A stretch of 63,848 bases of DNA, counting the filler, from Globobulimina sp. (lineage: Eukaryota), in NCBI GenBank assembly GCA_003354225.1. It is 28 parts of 28 records of this genome, joined end to end, with 100 filler letters (N's around TTAATTAATTAA, not from the genome) between each part and the next. Parts side by side here need not be neighbours in the genome. Positions count along the whole stretch, not along the records: positions 47,971 to 50,153 come from PIVH01008363.1; positions 50,254 to 52,436 come from PIVH01008364.1; positions 52,537 to 54,719 come from PIVH01008365.1; positions 54,820 to 57,002 come from PIVH01008366.1; positions 57,103 to 59,284 come from PIVH01008367.1; positions 59,385 to 61,566 come from PIVH01008368.1; 22 more parts are not named here. One strand, given 5' to 3'. The translations under genes and the position numbers were made by a program. The notes beneath the pieces are model-generated. The model saw only the letters and a list, made by a program, of their open reading frames with translations. It was not told the origin of the DNA and did not search any database. Positions 47,971 to 60,845 of the stretch are shown in pieces (within the stretch, counting starts at the first letter, position 1; each line of letters opens with the position of its first letter).

Positions 47971-50153
47971 GCTTCTATTTCTTTTTCAAATTTTGTTTCT
48001 TTTGCCTTTTGTATTAATTGTTCTTTTTCTATTTCTTTTGTGTTTTGTTGCAATAAACCACTATATTTTTTTTGTAATAAACTTAAATCAGATGTATCTT
48101 CCACTAATTTACAACATTCTTCTTCTTCAATATATTTCATAACCAACACACGATCAAAATATTTCAAAAATTGCAAGTGTGAATTCATTATGATAATCCT
48201 TGTAATGTTGCTACAAATTCCTAAGATTGAATGACTGAAAATTTGTTTAGCGACATCGTTATCGACCGCTGATAAACTGTCGTCAAATAATATTATATCC
48301 ACATCATTATTATGTTGCTGTTCATATAAAGCCCTCGCAATGCATATCCTAGCTCGCTGACCTCCGCTCAAATTAATGCCTTTCTCACCTATTTCTGTCT
48401 TATCTCCAGCTGGGAATAATTTTAAATCATAAACTAATGAGCATGCCTCGATCACTGCATTATAATCATCGATATCAAATGAATTTGACATTACTATGTT
48501 TTCACGGATTGTGCCTATCAATATTAACAACAAACGTTTTTCAGATTTTGCATAAAATTCATTAAAATTACATACCATTCATAATAAAATATGATTGATT
48601 GACCCACGAAAACTTTGTATTATTTTTATAAAACTTGCACGTACCATTTCCATCAAAATGTGTTTCATTTAATAAACTTTCCATCAATGTGCTCTTCCCA
48701 GATCCGACAGAACCAATCACTGCAATTAATTGACCGGAATAAATTTTCAGATTATCAATATATAATTTATTTAAGTTTGAGCCTGGTTCATGAAGAAAGT
48801 CAGCATTTTCAATTTTAATCAATAATTCATCATTTTCTTTTTCTTCCATTTTTGGCTTTGTCACATGTTGTGTTTTCCGCTGTGGTTTGTAATAATCATT
48901 GATATCAAAAAAATGCTGTATCCGTTTTATCGCAACAAAACCATCAATTAAATTATTAACATACTGCACCTTATTCAATGCAGAACGTATTGTATTTGTA
49001 AATTGTATGACAAGGTATACCTCCACAACGCTGATAGGTTTATTTAGATATACTTTTAACGATAAAATGGAAATAATCATCGCATAGTCAGTATTGGATA
49101 GTATTGTTGTTAAAAAGGAGCGAGCATTGTACACTTTTTTGAAACCATTTATTTCTTTGCTTCTCCAGCTTCCAATGGTTTGTTGTAGCGGTTTTTCCCA
49201 GCAATACATCTTAATCACACGTATCCCGTTCAATATTTCTGTCAGAAATTTAACTCTCTCATCAGAAAATTTCAATGCATCAAATTTCATGGAACCAATA
49301 TATTTTCCAAAAAATAGGTTAAACGGAATGAGCAATAAAGCGACGGCCAAAGCAGCCAATGATTCGACTCCGATTATCCAAATCATAAAAAATAAACAAA
49401 TAAATATAGCGATGCCACATCCAACAGAAACGACGCCATTCTTGAACATTACATTAATTCTTTCCGTATCATTGGACATAAGGTTGACAATTTGACCCGT
49501 ACTCAGCCCATCTTCTGCATCATTGATCAATGCATTTTGCGGAATTAACAAAGATTTGCGAAAAATTAAACTCATCAATAAATTCCTGACAGATATACCG
49601 GCCCTATCGCCTACAATCCATGCTCTGTGGTTGTCGTTTATATAAACAAAAGATTTAGAAACGTATCAAAATAATTATATGACAAACCTTGCAGTGAATA
49701 GATATGCAATTTCTTTTGAACATGCTATTAACAGCGCATATATTATGCCATAATACATTGGATCTGAAGAATATAAAAAATTAACAATCTCTCGAAATGC
49801 GAGCACTCCGCCAATCTCAGCTAATTGGCTGCAAATGATACAGAACAACATTTTAATAATGTACTGCTTATTCATATTGAATAATGTTCGTAATACATCA
49901 AATGTGAAAGTGCAATTTTCTTTTTTTTTAGGAAAAAAGCATTGCAGAAATTTAGGGTATAAATATTTTAATTGCATTATTTTTGGTGGTAATGATAGAT
50001 CCGAGAGTTCGATTGGATTTTTATATCCTTTTTTCCTGTTAAAATAAGCAGGTTTAAAAGTGTTCAATTCACAAAAATGATATGACATAAAATTTCGGAG
50101 TCATCCCGCAAACCTGAAATGTATGTAATTATGGACTGTATACCGTGCTGTAT
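47971..50153 (-). CDS. ABCC/MRP-family ABC transporter, TMD1-NBD1 part, multi-exon
   Basis: GQIVNLMSND, IRVIKMYCWE, GSVGSGKS, EIGEKGINLSGGQ and DDSLSAVD. Introns 49687-49625 and 48575-48515. Confidence 0.93.
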
Positions 50154-50263
50154 NNNNNNNNNNNNNNNNNNNNNNNNNNNNNNNNNNNNNNNNNNNNTTA
50201 ATTAATTAANNNNNNNNNNNNNNNNNNNNNNNNNNNNNNNNNNNNNNNNNNNNGAGTAACAGT

Positions 50264-52150
50264 ATGGAAACACAACAACAACCATCATATACAAAAATAA
50301 ATAATAAAAATAGTGCAAAAACACAACAACATAATGATAATACCGAGCGAAAACAATCACAAAATGCAATCCATCCACAACGAGATCTCCGCTTTAATAT
50401 TGATAATGCTCAACAAGAACCAAATCCATTTCGTGTGAGATTCCAGCAACAAATTGATGCCACACAAAAGATATTCCGGCGATATGGCAAACATTGCCTT
50501 AGCATTATTAATGGTGATCGAGAGCATGCTTTTTATCATTTGGCTTTGGATAAAGAGGACTTGGCTCATATCTCTCCCATTTGTAAAGGTTTTTTGTTCA
50601 TTCGTGGTCATAAACGTTCTTATGTGTGGCGTAAATATCAAAAGATTATGATTGAAAATGTGATATTAGATAATGACTGTATTGAAAAGATAAAATCTGA
50701 GAAATTAAATATGAATGATGCCCCTGTCATCATTGTGGATGATACACTCTATTCCTCGTCGTCTGATTGTGATGATCTGAAAATACAAGATTTGACAATT
50801 AATATCGATTCTGGAAATCAGAAACGCGCCAATAAGCCTGGTCGGAAACACGTTGCTGGCAAACCATCGAAATCCATTCCTGTTTCTGGTGATAATGAGT
50901 TGAATCAAAATGGTGAGGGAATCGTCAGTGATGCTATGAATCCGCGAATCATTGACTTTATGACGATCATTGATTACATTTTTAGCAATGGAGGTTTCTG
51001 CCATATTCGTAAATTGCTGAGTTTTGCTTATCGTGATGTTAATATTCATTCTAATCCGAATGACAAATCTGATAAATATTTGATTTTTAAACATTGGTGT
51101 TCTGAGACAATGTTTGAAGAGGAATTGCTTGATATTGTTCTTGCAATTTATTGTGTTAATCGTGAGATAATTTTGACGTTGAAAATGATAAATGACGGTG
51201 TAACGGATCCAGAATATGTCGATAATTATACTGAAGATTGTCCATTCGTCAATCCATGGAACCCCACTGCGATCCGACCAGTTATCAAAGCGTCGCCCAT
51301 GAAATGTTGGACAGGTATTTTGGCATTGGGTCCTCGTTTCCGGTTCAGAGTGATGTGGATTCCGTATGAAACACTTTTTATTCGTCATATTGCACCAAGT
51401 GTTGCTAAATCCGATGCGAATAAAGCCCGGATTGCATACTGTATATCATTAATAACTCAGAAAAAACATAAATTGAATGAATTCCAACTATTAACTGGTA
51501 ATTGGTTCAATAAACATGCCGCAATGTGTGATTATACAGCGGGTGACACAGTGATTCTTATTTATAAACATTTATATAATGCGCAGTTGGTGTCCTCTTG
51601 GAATGAGAGAGCTAATTTGTTTGCAGAAACGCGAGGAATTATCTTTGCCGTTGCACGATTCCGAGCTGTTTTGATTAATGGCAAAATACATAAATACATC
51701 CCTGACCGTGAGGCTCCAATGGGAGATGAAACCGGTTTGTTTGAACAAAATAATATCGTTTATGCGCGTGATAATAAATATACTTTTAATCGTATGAATA
51801 ATCCGCAATTTAATACTCATCTTCAGTCACAATTGCAAGCCGTGCCTCCTTCCCAAGATCGCTCAATGTATCACGTTGATGTACTTGAATTAAATTATTG
51901 TCTTGCTTCTAAATTTGACCCTGTATCAAGATCGGACTTTGTATTTAGCCGAAATGTCGTACGTCCGACACATATCAATGCAAAATGGCATCCAAATCTT
52001 ATTAAAATATTTAAAACAGAGATTGAAAGCAATGGTACCTTACTTTATAACATTGACGTTTGGAAGACCACTATTTTTATTTTGACCATTGGTAGACCGC
52101 CATTTGCCTACGAAATTGGATCAAATTCAAGGGTATATTTGCGGCGATAA
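50264..52150 (+). CDS. Hypothetical 628-aa protein, no recognised domain
   Basis: Long uninterrupted ORF; an overlapping ORF from 52089 runs to the contig end. Confidence 0.55.
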   Translation: METQQQPSYTKINNKNSAKTQQHNDNTERKQSQNAIHPQRDLRFNIDNAQQEPNPFRVRFQQQIDATQKIFRRYGKHCLSIINGDREHAFYHLALDKEDLAHISPICKGFLFIRGHKRSYVWRKYQKIMIENVILDNDCIEKIKSEKLNMNDAPVIIVDDTLYSSSSDCDDLKIQDLTINIDSGNQKRANKPGRKHVAGKPSKSIPVSGDNELNQNGEGIVSDAMNPRIIDFMTIIDYIFSNGGFCHIRKLLSFAYRDVNIHSNPNDKSDKYLIFKHWCSETMFEEELLDIVLAIYCVNREIILTLKMINDGVTDPEYVDNYTEDCPFVNPWNPTAIRPVIKASPMKCWTGILALGPRFRFRVMWIPYETLFIRHIAPSVAKSDANKARIAYCISLITQKKHKLNEFQLLTGNWFNKHAAMCDYTAGDTVILIYKHLYNAQLVSSWNERANLFAETRGIIFAVARFRAVLINGKIHKYIPDREAPMGDETGLFEQNNIVYARDNKYTFNRMNNPQFNTHLQSQLQAVPPSQDRSMYHVDVLELNYCLASKFDPVSRSDFVFSRNVVRPTHINAKWHPNLIKIFKTEIESNGTLLYNIDVWKTTIFILTIGRPPFAYEIGSNSRVYLRR

Positions 52151-52785
52151 TCGCTATATACAATCATTTGATAATAAAAACACTAAATATCTTGCACAGA
52201 TCGCGGGTTTGGTTGATGGTGATAACCATAATAATACTTATCCGAACATTGCATTAGATGAACAATTAAGTAATCCCGCAGTTTTACGGAATTTGCCACG
52301 CCGTCGACAGAGAAATGACCGTCGTCGTAAACCTCCGAGCAAACAATTCATTGCCTCCAAATTACATGATATTCATCGGAATTTGACCCATCATAATGAT
52401 GCTGATATCGCTCATTCTTTCCAATCGCTTCAATCTNNNNNNNNNNNNNNNNNNNNNNNNNNNNNNNNNNNNNNNNNNNNTTAATTAATTAANNNNNNNN
52501 NNNNNNNNNNNNNNNNNNNNNNNNNNNNNNNNNNNNTAATATAGAAAAAAAACGAACGAAAAAAAAAAGACAAAACGAGCAGGTAAAAAGCAAAAAGCAA
52601 ATTTAAAACAAAATACGAATACAACAAAAAATAAACATTAAAATAAAAATTAATGTACAAGCACACACAATAAAAAAAAAAGAAAAATCATCTAACAATT
52701 TGAATTTATTTGTGTTACGTGTTGAACAATGTGTGGAATGTGGAATTACTGCAATCTCATCAACCTTACTAACAATATCCAAATA

Positions 52786-54719
52786 TTATCCAAATTTGGT
52801 GTTAAATGCTTGTTCCAGTGCTTGAAATACATAGTTACAAATCACGCGATCCTCCACAGAGTCGCCGCGCCCCGTCGACTTATCCGGATGTACCACTCTC
52901 ACTGCTTTATAATAACCCTTTTTTAACTGCGAATCATTCAGCAATTTGGTCATCGGAATGGGTTTCCAATTCAAAGTACTCGGCAACACTTCGGGTAACT
53001 TCCCAATCAAAGTCCGAATATTTCTCCGCACCGTATTCTCATACTCCCACCGATTCAACTTCTCGTCGTGTTTGTCCTTCCAATACACTTTCTCCCTCAA
53101 CGCGTCCGCCACTTTCTCCTCATCCTTCTTCCGGTCATCCATCGCATCCTCATACGCTTTCAGCGCATTCTCCTGTCCCCGACGCGATAGCTTCATGTGG
53201 ACCAGTTTTTTTTTATCGTCTGCGGACAGGTCGGTTTCAGCCCCATTCCGAGGCGCTTTGCTCGTGTGACTGGAGGCGATGGGCGCGGCGTTTGTGTTGA
53301 TGTGGCTGTTATGTCCATTATACGACGGCGCGTTGAATGTGGTCCTCATCTGCTCCTCCATGCTCCCTTTGCCTTTGCCTGCATCCGCTGCACTGGCTAT
53401 CTCCTCTTCTTTTGCCGGCTCATGGCTGCCTAATATCCAATCCGTTGTACTATCCTGCGAGCCATGAACATGTGCCTTCAGATTGGGTTTGCTGCCAAAG
53501 AAATCACCAAATATATCCATATTCCCACTCGAACTCTTCTGCTCGGAGCTATTGCCATTGCTAACATTCATATTCAACATATCATTGCCGAGCGGGTTGA
53601 CTAAGTTAAATAAATCGTGCGGATCGTGGCCATTATCACCGTCACTCCGCACGCGCGCACCGCCACCGCCTCCGCCACCCGTATCCGCACCAAACATCCC
53701 CGTCAAAAACGAGTCCTGTTTCAGAGGCAGTTGCGGCTTTGGAATGGGGTGTTGTGGCGGCGACATTGGGCCATGCAAATTCAAGATATCATGCGTAGAG
53801 CCCCCTTGCTTGTACGCTGTCTGCTGCGCTTGCAACTGTCCATTATTGGCATGCTTGTGCATATTGCCGTTGCTTAGTGATTTGTTGGCCACTTTTGTTG
53901 GTTTGATCGGCGGTGAATTGGCGCTCTGGCTCTTCCTCACTATTTTCGGTGGCTTAGTGGCCGGCAATTTGGGCTTAACTTTGGCTTTAACTTTGACGGC
54001 GTCGCTCTCCGTCGGGGCACGAGGCGACAGCGACCCAGTGCTGCTCGGCGAGGCTAAGAAGCCGCGAGTTTCGTCCTGGCCGTGCAAGTCATGCATTCCA
54101 TTGTCGTTATTCTTGTGAAACTCATCCGTTTTCGGATATTGTTTGCGATAATAATCAATATCGCGTTGGAACCGCTTGCTCACTGTGGCGGCGTGTTGGA
54201 AAAACTCAGCTTGGCACTCTAACATTTGCACATAAATGCGATCGAAATAACGATATCTTTTCTCCATTAATTGCTTGACTTGTTGGGCGATGGAATTGCG
54301 TTGAGATTTGTACTCCAAACTCAATGATTTCTGCGCCTCAGACGACTCTGAGAGGCGTTGTTGCAAATCGTCAATGTCAGATTCGCGGTTGCCGCTGAAA
54401 AGGGTCTTTTTGCTCGATTTCTTGTCTTTTAACTCGGTCTGTAGCGATAGTAAACGGTTTTGTGTGTCGTAGGCGGTGATGCGTGTACTTTCGGCGGCGG
54501 TTATTTTCTCGTGGACGTCGGCGATGGTTTGGATCCATTCGGACAGCTCAGAGATTAAGCCGTTCTCTACGGTGATATGGAAGGTTTTGACTGCGCTGTT
54601 TGCGATGTCTTCCTGCACTTTTTTATACATGCTTAGCACGTGTTTTTTTGTGCGCAAAATCGCAAATTTGTTTTTTTTTATATATGTTTGGGTGTGCAAG
54701 GATGCGTAGGAGTGCATGA
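52786..54719 (-). CDS. Auxilin-like J-domain protein with an upstream BAR-like helical domain (5' truncated)
   Basis: NIRTLIGKL..WKPIPMTKLL..KKGYYKAVRVVHPDK..FQALEQAF; upstream helical region RITAYD..RYRYFD..LECQAEFF. Confidence 0.78.
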
Positions 54720-54819
54720 NNNNNNNNNNNNNNNNNNNNNNNNNNNNNNNNNNNNNNNNNNNNTTAATTAATTAANNNNNNNNNNNNNNNNNNNNNNNNN
54801 NNNNNNNNNNNNNNNNNNN

Positions 54820-56514
54820 GCTGTCGCGGTGGCTGCTGTGGATGCGGTATTTGCTGTACATGGCGCTGTTGACTCTGTATTGGTGGCTGTCCCAACCCCA
54901 AATCTATGGACAGCACACTAGTACTAACTGGCGAGGCCGGTATCTCTGGATCGCACACTACGCCATGCATACTATGCATACTCCCATTCATATTGCCATT
55001 GCCAAATTTGCCATTGCCCATCGGTAACGATTTAGGCGACGTAGGCGATGATATTAAGCCTATTTTGATCGGCGAGGTGTCGTCATCCAATGGCGGCGGA
55101 TAAACCTCGGTATCTGCATCCGCATGAAATGAGGATATCGTATTGCTGTTCTCCCGCGTCTGTATAAATAATGTGTATATACAATTAGAAGTAGATATAT
55201 TTGCGATTTTGCGCGTGTAAAAAATATATCACATACCATTGCATCCGGAGTGCCCTTCGGAGTGCCGTGAGTACGCTGGCTATTATACGACCGTTGTTTC
55301 TGGAATTTCTGTTTGAAAAAACTGCCAATCGAATTGGGCGTGGACTGCTGTCGTTTTTGGCGCAGAGAGAGTTCCTGAATGACGTCGTTGTGCCCGCTCA
55401 ACGAGTACGACGCCGAATGTTTGCGATGCGAATTGCCAGTAAACGACGGTCCAAACGAGGACAATGACAGCGAGTTATTGGAGCGATTGCGTTGATGGTA
55501 CGAGGTGTGATAATGCGACGACTGACTGGCTCGGTTTTTCTTTGGATTGGTGTTGACTTTGGAGTCGTGGTTCTTTTCCACCGACGTCTTGTTCAAATTA
55601 TGCAAGGCATTCTGGTGCGATTTGCCATAATGTAAAGCGTGATGGGGTGGCGTCACCCCGTTCGGACCTAATTTAGACGGGTTTTGCGCCAGTGACAATT
55701 TGATAAATATTTGCAAGTCGGTGTCGACATCGATAATACTCATCGATTGCGCCAAATTCTTGACATCGTAGTTGCGATTGGCACACAAATTAGTGATGAA
55801 AACCGCCCATTTGTTGAGCGAATCTTTGGTGGTTTTCATGCGGTTGTATTCATTGGATTGCATGCCCTGTAAAATAGAGGTCATCTCGTCGTCGAATTTG
55901 ATTTGTTGCCGGTTCCAAATCAACTGTTGTTGGTCGTACTTTTCCTTCCAAGTTTGCTGCGTTTTCAGTGTGCTGTTCACTTTTGTACCTAATTTGAGGA
56001 TCTGTGAGGAGGAGATCTTGTGCTCCAACTTTGCATTCAGCAGAGCGGTGCGGGCCTGGCTGGCCTCTTTGCACACCTTCTCGTATTTGGACTTGATTTT
56101 GTAAAACTGATTCTGATGCTGGCGCAGGGACTTGATGTTATGTTTGGTGTCGTTGGCGAACAAACGGTTCTTTTCTGCGTACAATTCGCGCATAGAGACG
56201 CAGGGCTGATACACGTCTTCGTTTAACGAGTTTAGGAATTCTATGCGCTGCGTGTATTCGTTGCGCATGTCGGCGTGGATGGCGTCGATGCCATCTTTGC
56301 GTAGGGATTCGGTGGGGGAGAGGTAGGAAATTAACTTCTCGTTGGCGATGATTTTTTGTAATGAGGCTGCGAATTGAGCTTCGGCCTCGATGCGTAAACG
56401 TAGCATTTCGATCACACCGTCTAATGAACGAATACCGCATTCTAAACGACTGGATAAAGGCGCAAATGCGTGCCGTAAATGTCGATCAAATGATAAGATT
56501 TCGGTTGCTGCCAT
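54820..56514 (-). CDS. F-BAR (FCH) domain protein, 3' truncated
   Basis: LRLRIEAEAQFAASL, MQSNEYNRM and IDVDTDLQIF. Intron 55236-55160 joins ORF 54764-55090 in frame. Confidence 0.8.
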
Positions 56515-56761
56515 GATATAAACAGAAGTAAGGTTTTTCACATTACTGTTTTTTTACTTAGTGGAAATTCAATCCCACGGTGGGATGCAACCGATTGTAG
56601 TTGGTGTGTCGTTGTGCACCAAAGCAATCAATCTTGAAACCTGAGTTGTTTTAAAGGATATACAAAAATATCTGAAATTTCACAGATTTACTAAGTTTTC
56701 TATCCTAGCACCAGTTAAAAAGTAACGCACACAAAACTAGATATTGTGTGAATGATTATTG

Positions 56762-57002
56762 TCATTCCCAACACACACATTGTGCGGGATATGTAGGAGG
56801 TTGTGGTTGAGGTACTGTTGCATTATACCACTGTCTCAACAATTGCTCCGTTGGTTTATAACTGGGAGTCATGCAACTATTTGTATCATAATATCCATTA
56901 AAAGCAGCATCAGTTGGCCAATTCCACCAAAAAAATCCTAAAAAAAAATCATATTTTGTCATTGCAAGAAAAGCAGCTTGATATTGATTATATTGTGCAT
57001 AA
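56762..57002 (-). CDS. Glycoside hydrolase (GH113-like TIM barrel) C-terminal fragment
   Basis: FLGFFWWNW..MTPSYKPTEQLLRQWY. Confidence 0.55.
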
Positions 57003-57174
57003 NNNNNNNNNNNNNNNNNNNNNNNNNNNNNNNNNNNNNNNNNNNNTTAATTAATTAANNNNNNNNNNNNNNNNNNNNNNNNNNNNNNNNNNNNNNNNNN
57101 NNCCGTACTTTCTAAATTGTTCCGTTTTATTGATCCAATGATTTCAATATCGCTGATTGCGATTCCTTCGCATT

Positions 57175-57738
57175 TTACCTCATTTTCTTCAATTGATCTC
57201 TTCGTTTTGATACTATAATTTGTTTTGTCGTCTGTACGTTGGTTAATCCAATCCGGCCAGTACTTCTCCTCGATATATGTTGAGAGGACGTTGGTATTTG
57301 GTGATCGGATAAACTTCGACCATAAATTTGCTTGGCGATAAGCAATATAATCTTCAAAATTATGCCATTTGATTTACATGACATGGACATAGGATGACAT
57401 ATTGGGACAATTAAAGGAATAAAGCAATTTGATTGTGGACTATTACTTTTGCCTACAGAATATGTGGGATATCCTTGCATTTGATCACTTGGAATGTTAT
57501 CCAGTTGAATGGGTAATGGTGTTACATCAACGCCATCTCTGTAGATTATTGGATCGCCATTTTCTCTGACTGCAGAATATCTGCTCGACCCCTTTTTCCG
57601 ATATCCGCTTTTTCCATATTTACCACCGACCATACTGCTCTTCATTCGCGACATAAAACGGGATTCCATCACTTTCGATCCCGAGACCTTTAAATTGCCG
57701 CTTACTCCACCTTTACGCTTTAACTTTGATTGATTCAT
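57175..57738 (-). CDS. Hypothetical protein; N-terminus reminiscent of dynein intermediate chain WDR78 (DGVDVTP)
   Basis: Only one short motif; probably spliced or chimeric. Confidence 0.3.
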   Translation of the reverse strand: MNQSKLKRKGGVSGNLKVSGSKVMESRFMSRMKSSMVGGKYGKSGYRKKGSSRYSAVRENGDPIIYRDGVDVTPLPIQLDNIPSDQMQGYPTYSVGKSNSPQSNCFIPLIVPICHPMSMSCKSNGIILKIILLIAKQIYGRSLSDHQIPTSSQHISRRSTGRIGLTNVQTTKQIIVSKRRDQLKKMR

Positions 57739-57967
57739 TAGTTTGCTGCCACCTTCGGTTTATTTTCAAAACTCATGTTGTTGATATTATGTATTCTCCA
57801 CAAATGCAAGCATACGTGGAATAATCTTTGATGCAGTGGGAATTCTGCTTATTTTAGATTGCTTTGATGATGACATAGTCTTAGAAAATGCAATCGGAAA
57901 ACCCAAAGACTTAATTTCACTCACAAGGAATCAACAGATTTAGCTAATAAATATCACTCACAAAGAA

Positions 57968-59128
57968 TCACTTGAACAATGAAGTGATCTCATCTGCATT
58001 TTCCATATATTTTTGTGCCAATGGTCTGCGTATGTCACCAACAACATTTACCAAATTTAAATCCAGTAAATTTCCATATAAACCTATCTTTTCTAAATGT
58101 TTTGTCATTTGATGGTTGTCAATGAAATGGGTCGAAACACAGGAATACGCAAAAGCTAATTGTTTTAATTTTGTAAACGATGTGACAATGATATCATAAT
58201 GTTCTTCCATAATACTCCACCACCAAAAATATAGTACTTGTATATTCGGTAAATGTATGGCTAAATCCTGAAAGAATTCCAATGGTGGATCAAACCGCGG
58301 ATATTCTAATTGCAAACCAATCAAATTTGGAAATAATGATAAAACTTGAACAGTTTTAGAAATTGTCAACCATTCATGTTCTAGCATGAAAATAGATAAA
58401 TATTTAATATTTTTGCAATGTGAGAAATCAATAAAATCCTCCTCAGCCAATCCAGCATAATTTAGTGACAAATGAGTAATATTTGGAAACATAAACGAGA
58501 ATAAATTGCGTGTAATTGCGTTGTTTGTATCGATATCTTTGTAGAAACGATTGACTCTATCAAATATTAAATGTGTCATGTTTTCAAAAACTAAGATATT
58601 TGGCAAACATGACATTGTTAATCCGTGGCCAAATTCTAATCGTAAATGTTGCAGAGTTTTGTAGTTTCGTACTAATAAACGTTTGATTGATTGTAATAAT
58701 TGTTTGATAATTTCAGAGCCATCAAAGCCAAACATATGAATGGATAAAGACGCAATATTTTTACATTGGCATTGTGTTTCTAATTTATTCAAAACATTAA
58801 ATGCTTGCAATGGATCAACATCTAAACCTATATAAATGTTCAAATTTTGAATGTTTTTCCATCTGTTTAGTGCTGAATTGTGTTTGTTTATATTGCTAAT
58901 TAACTGAATGTTGATATTTAATGATTTCCATAATAATGAGTTGATGCTATATTTGTACCATTCTTTGCAAACCAAACTGATGTCTGTTATGTTATTATCT
59001 ATGTCAACAAATTGAAATATTATTACCACAAATTCCATTTCCCACCATTCTTTATGTTGGATATTTTTCTCTTCAAAAATTTTCATTTCTTTTAAATAAA
59101 TCTGTTGTCGGAATTGAGATGTTATCAT
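57968..59128 (-). CDS. F-box/LRR protein
   Basis: IIFQFV..ISLVCKEW..LWKSL followed by LRR-like repeats (FPNITHLSL, FPNLIGLQL, LPNIQVLYF). Confidence 0.78.
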   Translation of the reverse strand: MITSQFRQQIYLKEMKIFEEKNIQHKEWWEMEFVVIIFQFVDIDNNITDISLVCKEWYKYSINSLLWKSLNINIQLISNINKHNSALNRWKNIQNLNIYIGLDVDPLQAFNVLNKLETQCQCKNIASLSIHMFGFDGSEIIKQLLQSIKRLLVRNYKTLQHLRLEFGHGLTMSCLPNILVFENMTHLIFDRVNRFYKDIDTNNAITRNLFSFMFPNITHLSLNYAGLAEEDFIDFSHCKNIKYLSIFMLEHEWLTISKTVQVLSLFPNLIGLQLEYPRFDPPLEFFQDLAIHLPNIQVLYFWWWSIMEEHYDIIVTSFTKLKQLAFAYSCVSTHFIDNHQMTKHLEKIGLYGNLLDLNLVNVVGDIRRPLAQKYMENADEITSLFK

Positions 59129-59149
59129 AATAACAAATTATGAAACAAA

Positions 59150-59284
59150 TATATGAAACAAATATAAGACGGGACAACAGAGATTATCACAATTTATATG
59201 ATATTACAGCTTTCAATACCGATGGATTCGATGTTTCCGGCGAGAATGTCTGGATTCATGACGTTTCCATATGGAATGACGATG
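59150..59284 (+). CDS. GH28 polygalacturonase-like internal fragment
   Basis: AFNTDGFDV..VWIHD..IWNDD (NTD and DD catalytic motifs). Confidence 0.7.
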
Positions 59285-59384
59285 NNNNNNNNNNNNNNNN
59301 NNNNNNNNNNNNNNNNNNNNNNNNNNNNTTAATTAATTAANNNNNNNNNNNNNNNNNNNNNNNNNNNNNNNNNNNNNNNNNNNN

Positions 59385-60845
59385 CGCCGCATGACAGCGC
59401 TTCCAGAACAATGTAAGTAATAAAATCATGCATTGCATCATTACCTTTATTCCTCTGTAGTCTGTATTATTAACGTCCTTATAATGACCAAAAAGCGCAG
59501 AAATGGAATCCATTGCAAAAGCAGACCATTCTAAGCGAATCCAACCAAACTCGCCAATTATTATCGAAAGAGGACTTCCATCATTTCACTCAAAGACAAT
59601 GCCTTATCACTCTGAAAAAGACAAAGTACCGCTCATTAAAACTGAAAATCGATATTTTAGCAAACTATCCCTCGGCAAACAACTCGTTAATCATCGAACT
59701 GACATCCATCTATTTCTGCGCCCGTTTACTCAAACAACTTAACAAAGGAATACATAAAATCATGGCAGCCAATCAGAGCCAGCCACGCATTTTCCTCATT
59801 GTCAAATCACTGCACGACATCATCCAAAATAATATGTTGACCTATGCCTTCAGCGAAGTTTACAAAATCCGGAAAATGCTGAAAAACAACAAAACAGTTT
59901 AGTTCATAGCATACAGTCCGCGCAAACAAAGCATTTCTTTCCATCCTACATTGCAACAAACAGATTGCCTTAAAAGTGCACGAAAGCAAAGGCAGAATAG
60001 ATTTGAAATTGAAAAATAACGAATATTCGTCGCATTTTGTCTTAAATATACCCGAATTATACCCATTGAAAGCAGTCGAATTCAGAATAAAATCCTCTTC
60101 GTTTCCCGCCCGTTACCAACATATTTACGCCTCGCAAATCAAGAATATCTGCGATAAGCTGTCAAAAGGATTTGATGTCAGTTACATTTTGAGCGATAAT
60201 CGCAACATAAAGACCAAGGGAGACACATCGGACATTGATCAGTTGTCATTTGATGCGAGCACGGCATTGGATATCAGGCAGGATTTGAAGACCATGCATA
60301 AAATGTCGCTGTTCCATAATAATTTGATGGGGAACAAAAGAGTGCGGCGGAAGATCCGCACAATGAACAAAGCGGTGAAGGAGGAAGAAAAAAAGGAGAG
60401 TGACTTCAAGAAAGAGGTGGAACGAAAGTGCATTGATCCGAACCTGCAACAAAAGGAACCATTGCGCTCTTTGTTAGTGTGTCTGCAATATTTAGTGCAG
60501 CAATTCGGCGATTTGGCATTGAGTCTCTGTCCGTATTGCAAACAAAGAGTGTTTCCGCCGCGTTGTGAGGTGCTGCGAGAGTATGAGCAGAATGACCAGA
60601 AATATGTGAATAAAGGCAAGTATCCGCAGCGATGTAATTGTGGCTGTTGGTATCACCACGAATGTTTAGATGCGTATTTATCGGAGCCACCGTTCGGGAA
60701 AGAATGTGTGAAATGCAATGTGCCTTTGAAACAGCCATTGTTTGAGACTGATGTCAAAGTGTTGGAAAGGCGGTGGTCTGTCAAACAAGCAAAGAAAAGG
60801 GAGTTTGATGATGTTGACGAGTTTATTAATGATATGTTTGATTGA
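59385..60845 (+). CDS. RWD-like + C-terminal RING-like zinc-finger protein, multi-exon, 5' truncated
   Basis: LNIPELYP and CPYC..CNCGCWYHHECL..CVKC. Introns about 59413-59500 and 59897-59963. Confidence 0.55.

Noticed and set aside
52806-54118. Several long plus-strand ORFs opposite the auxilin gene (likewise opposite the Furry and F-BAR genes)
   Set aside because: Antisense shadows in higher-GC coding DNA with no recognisable motifs.
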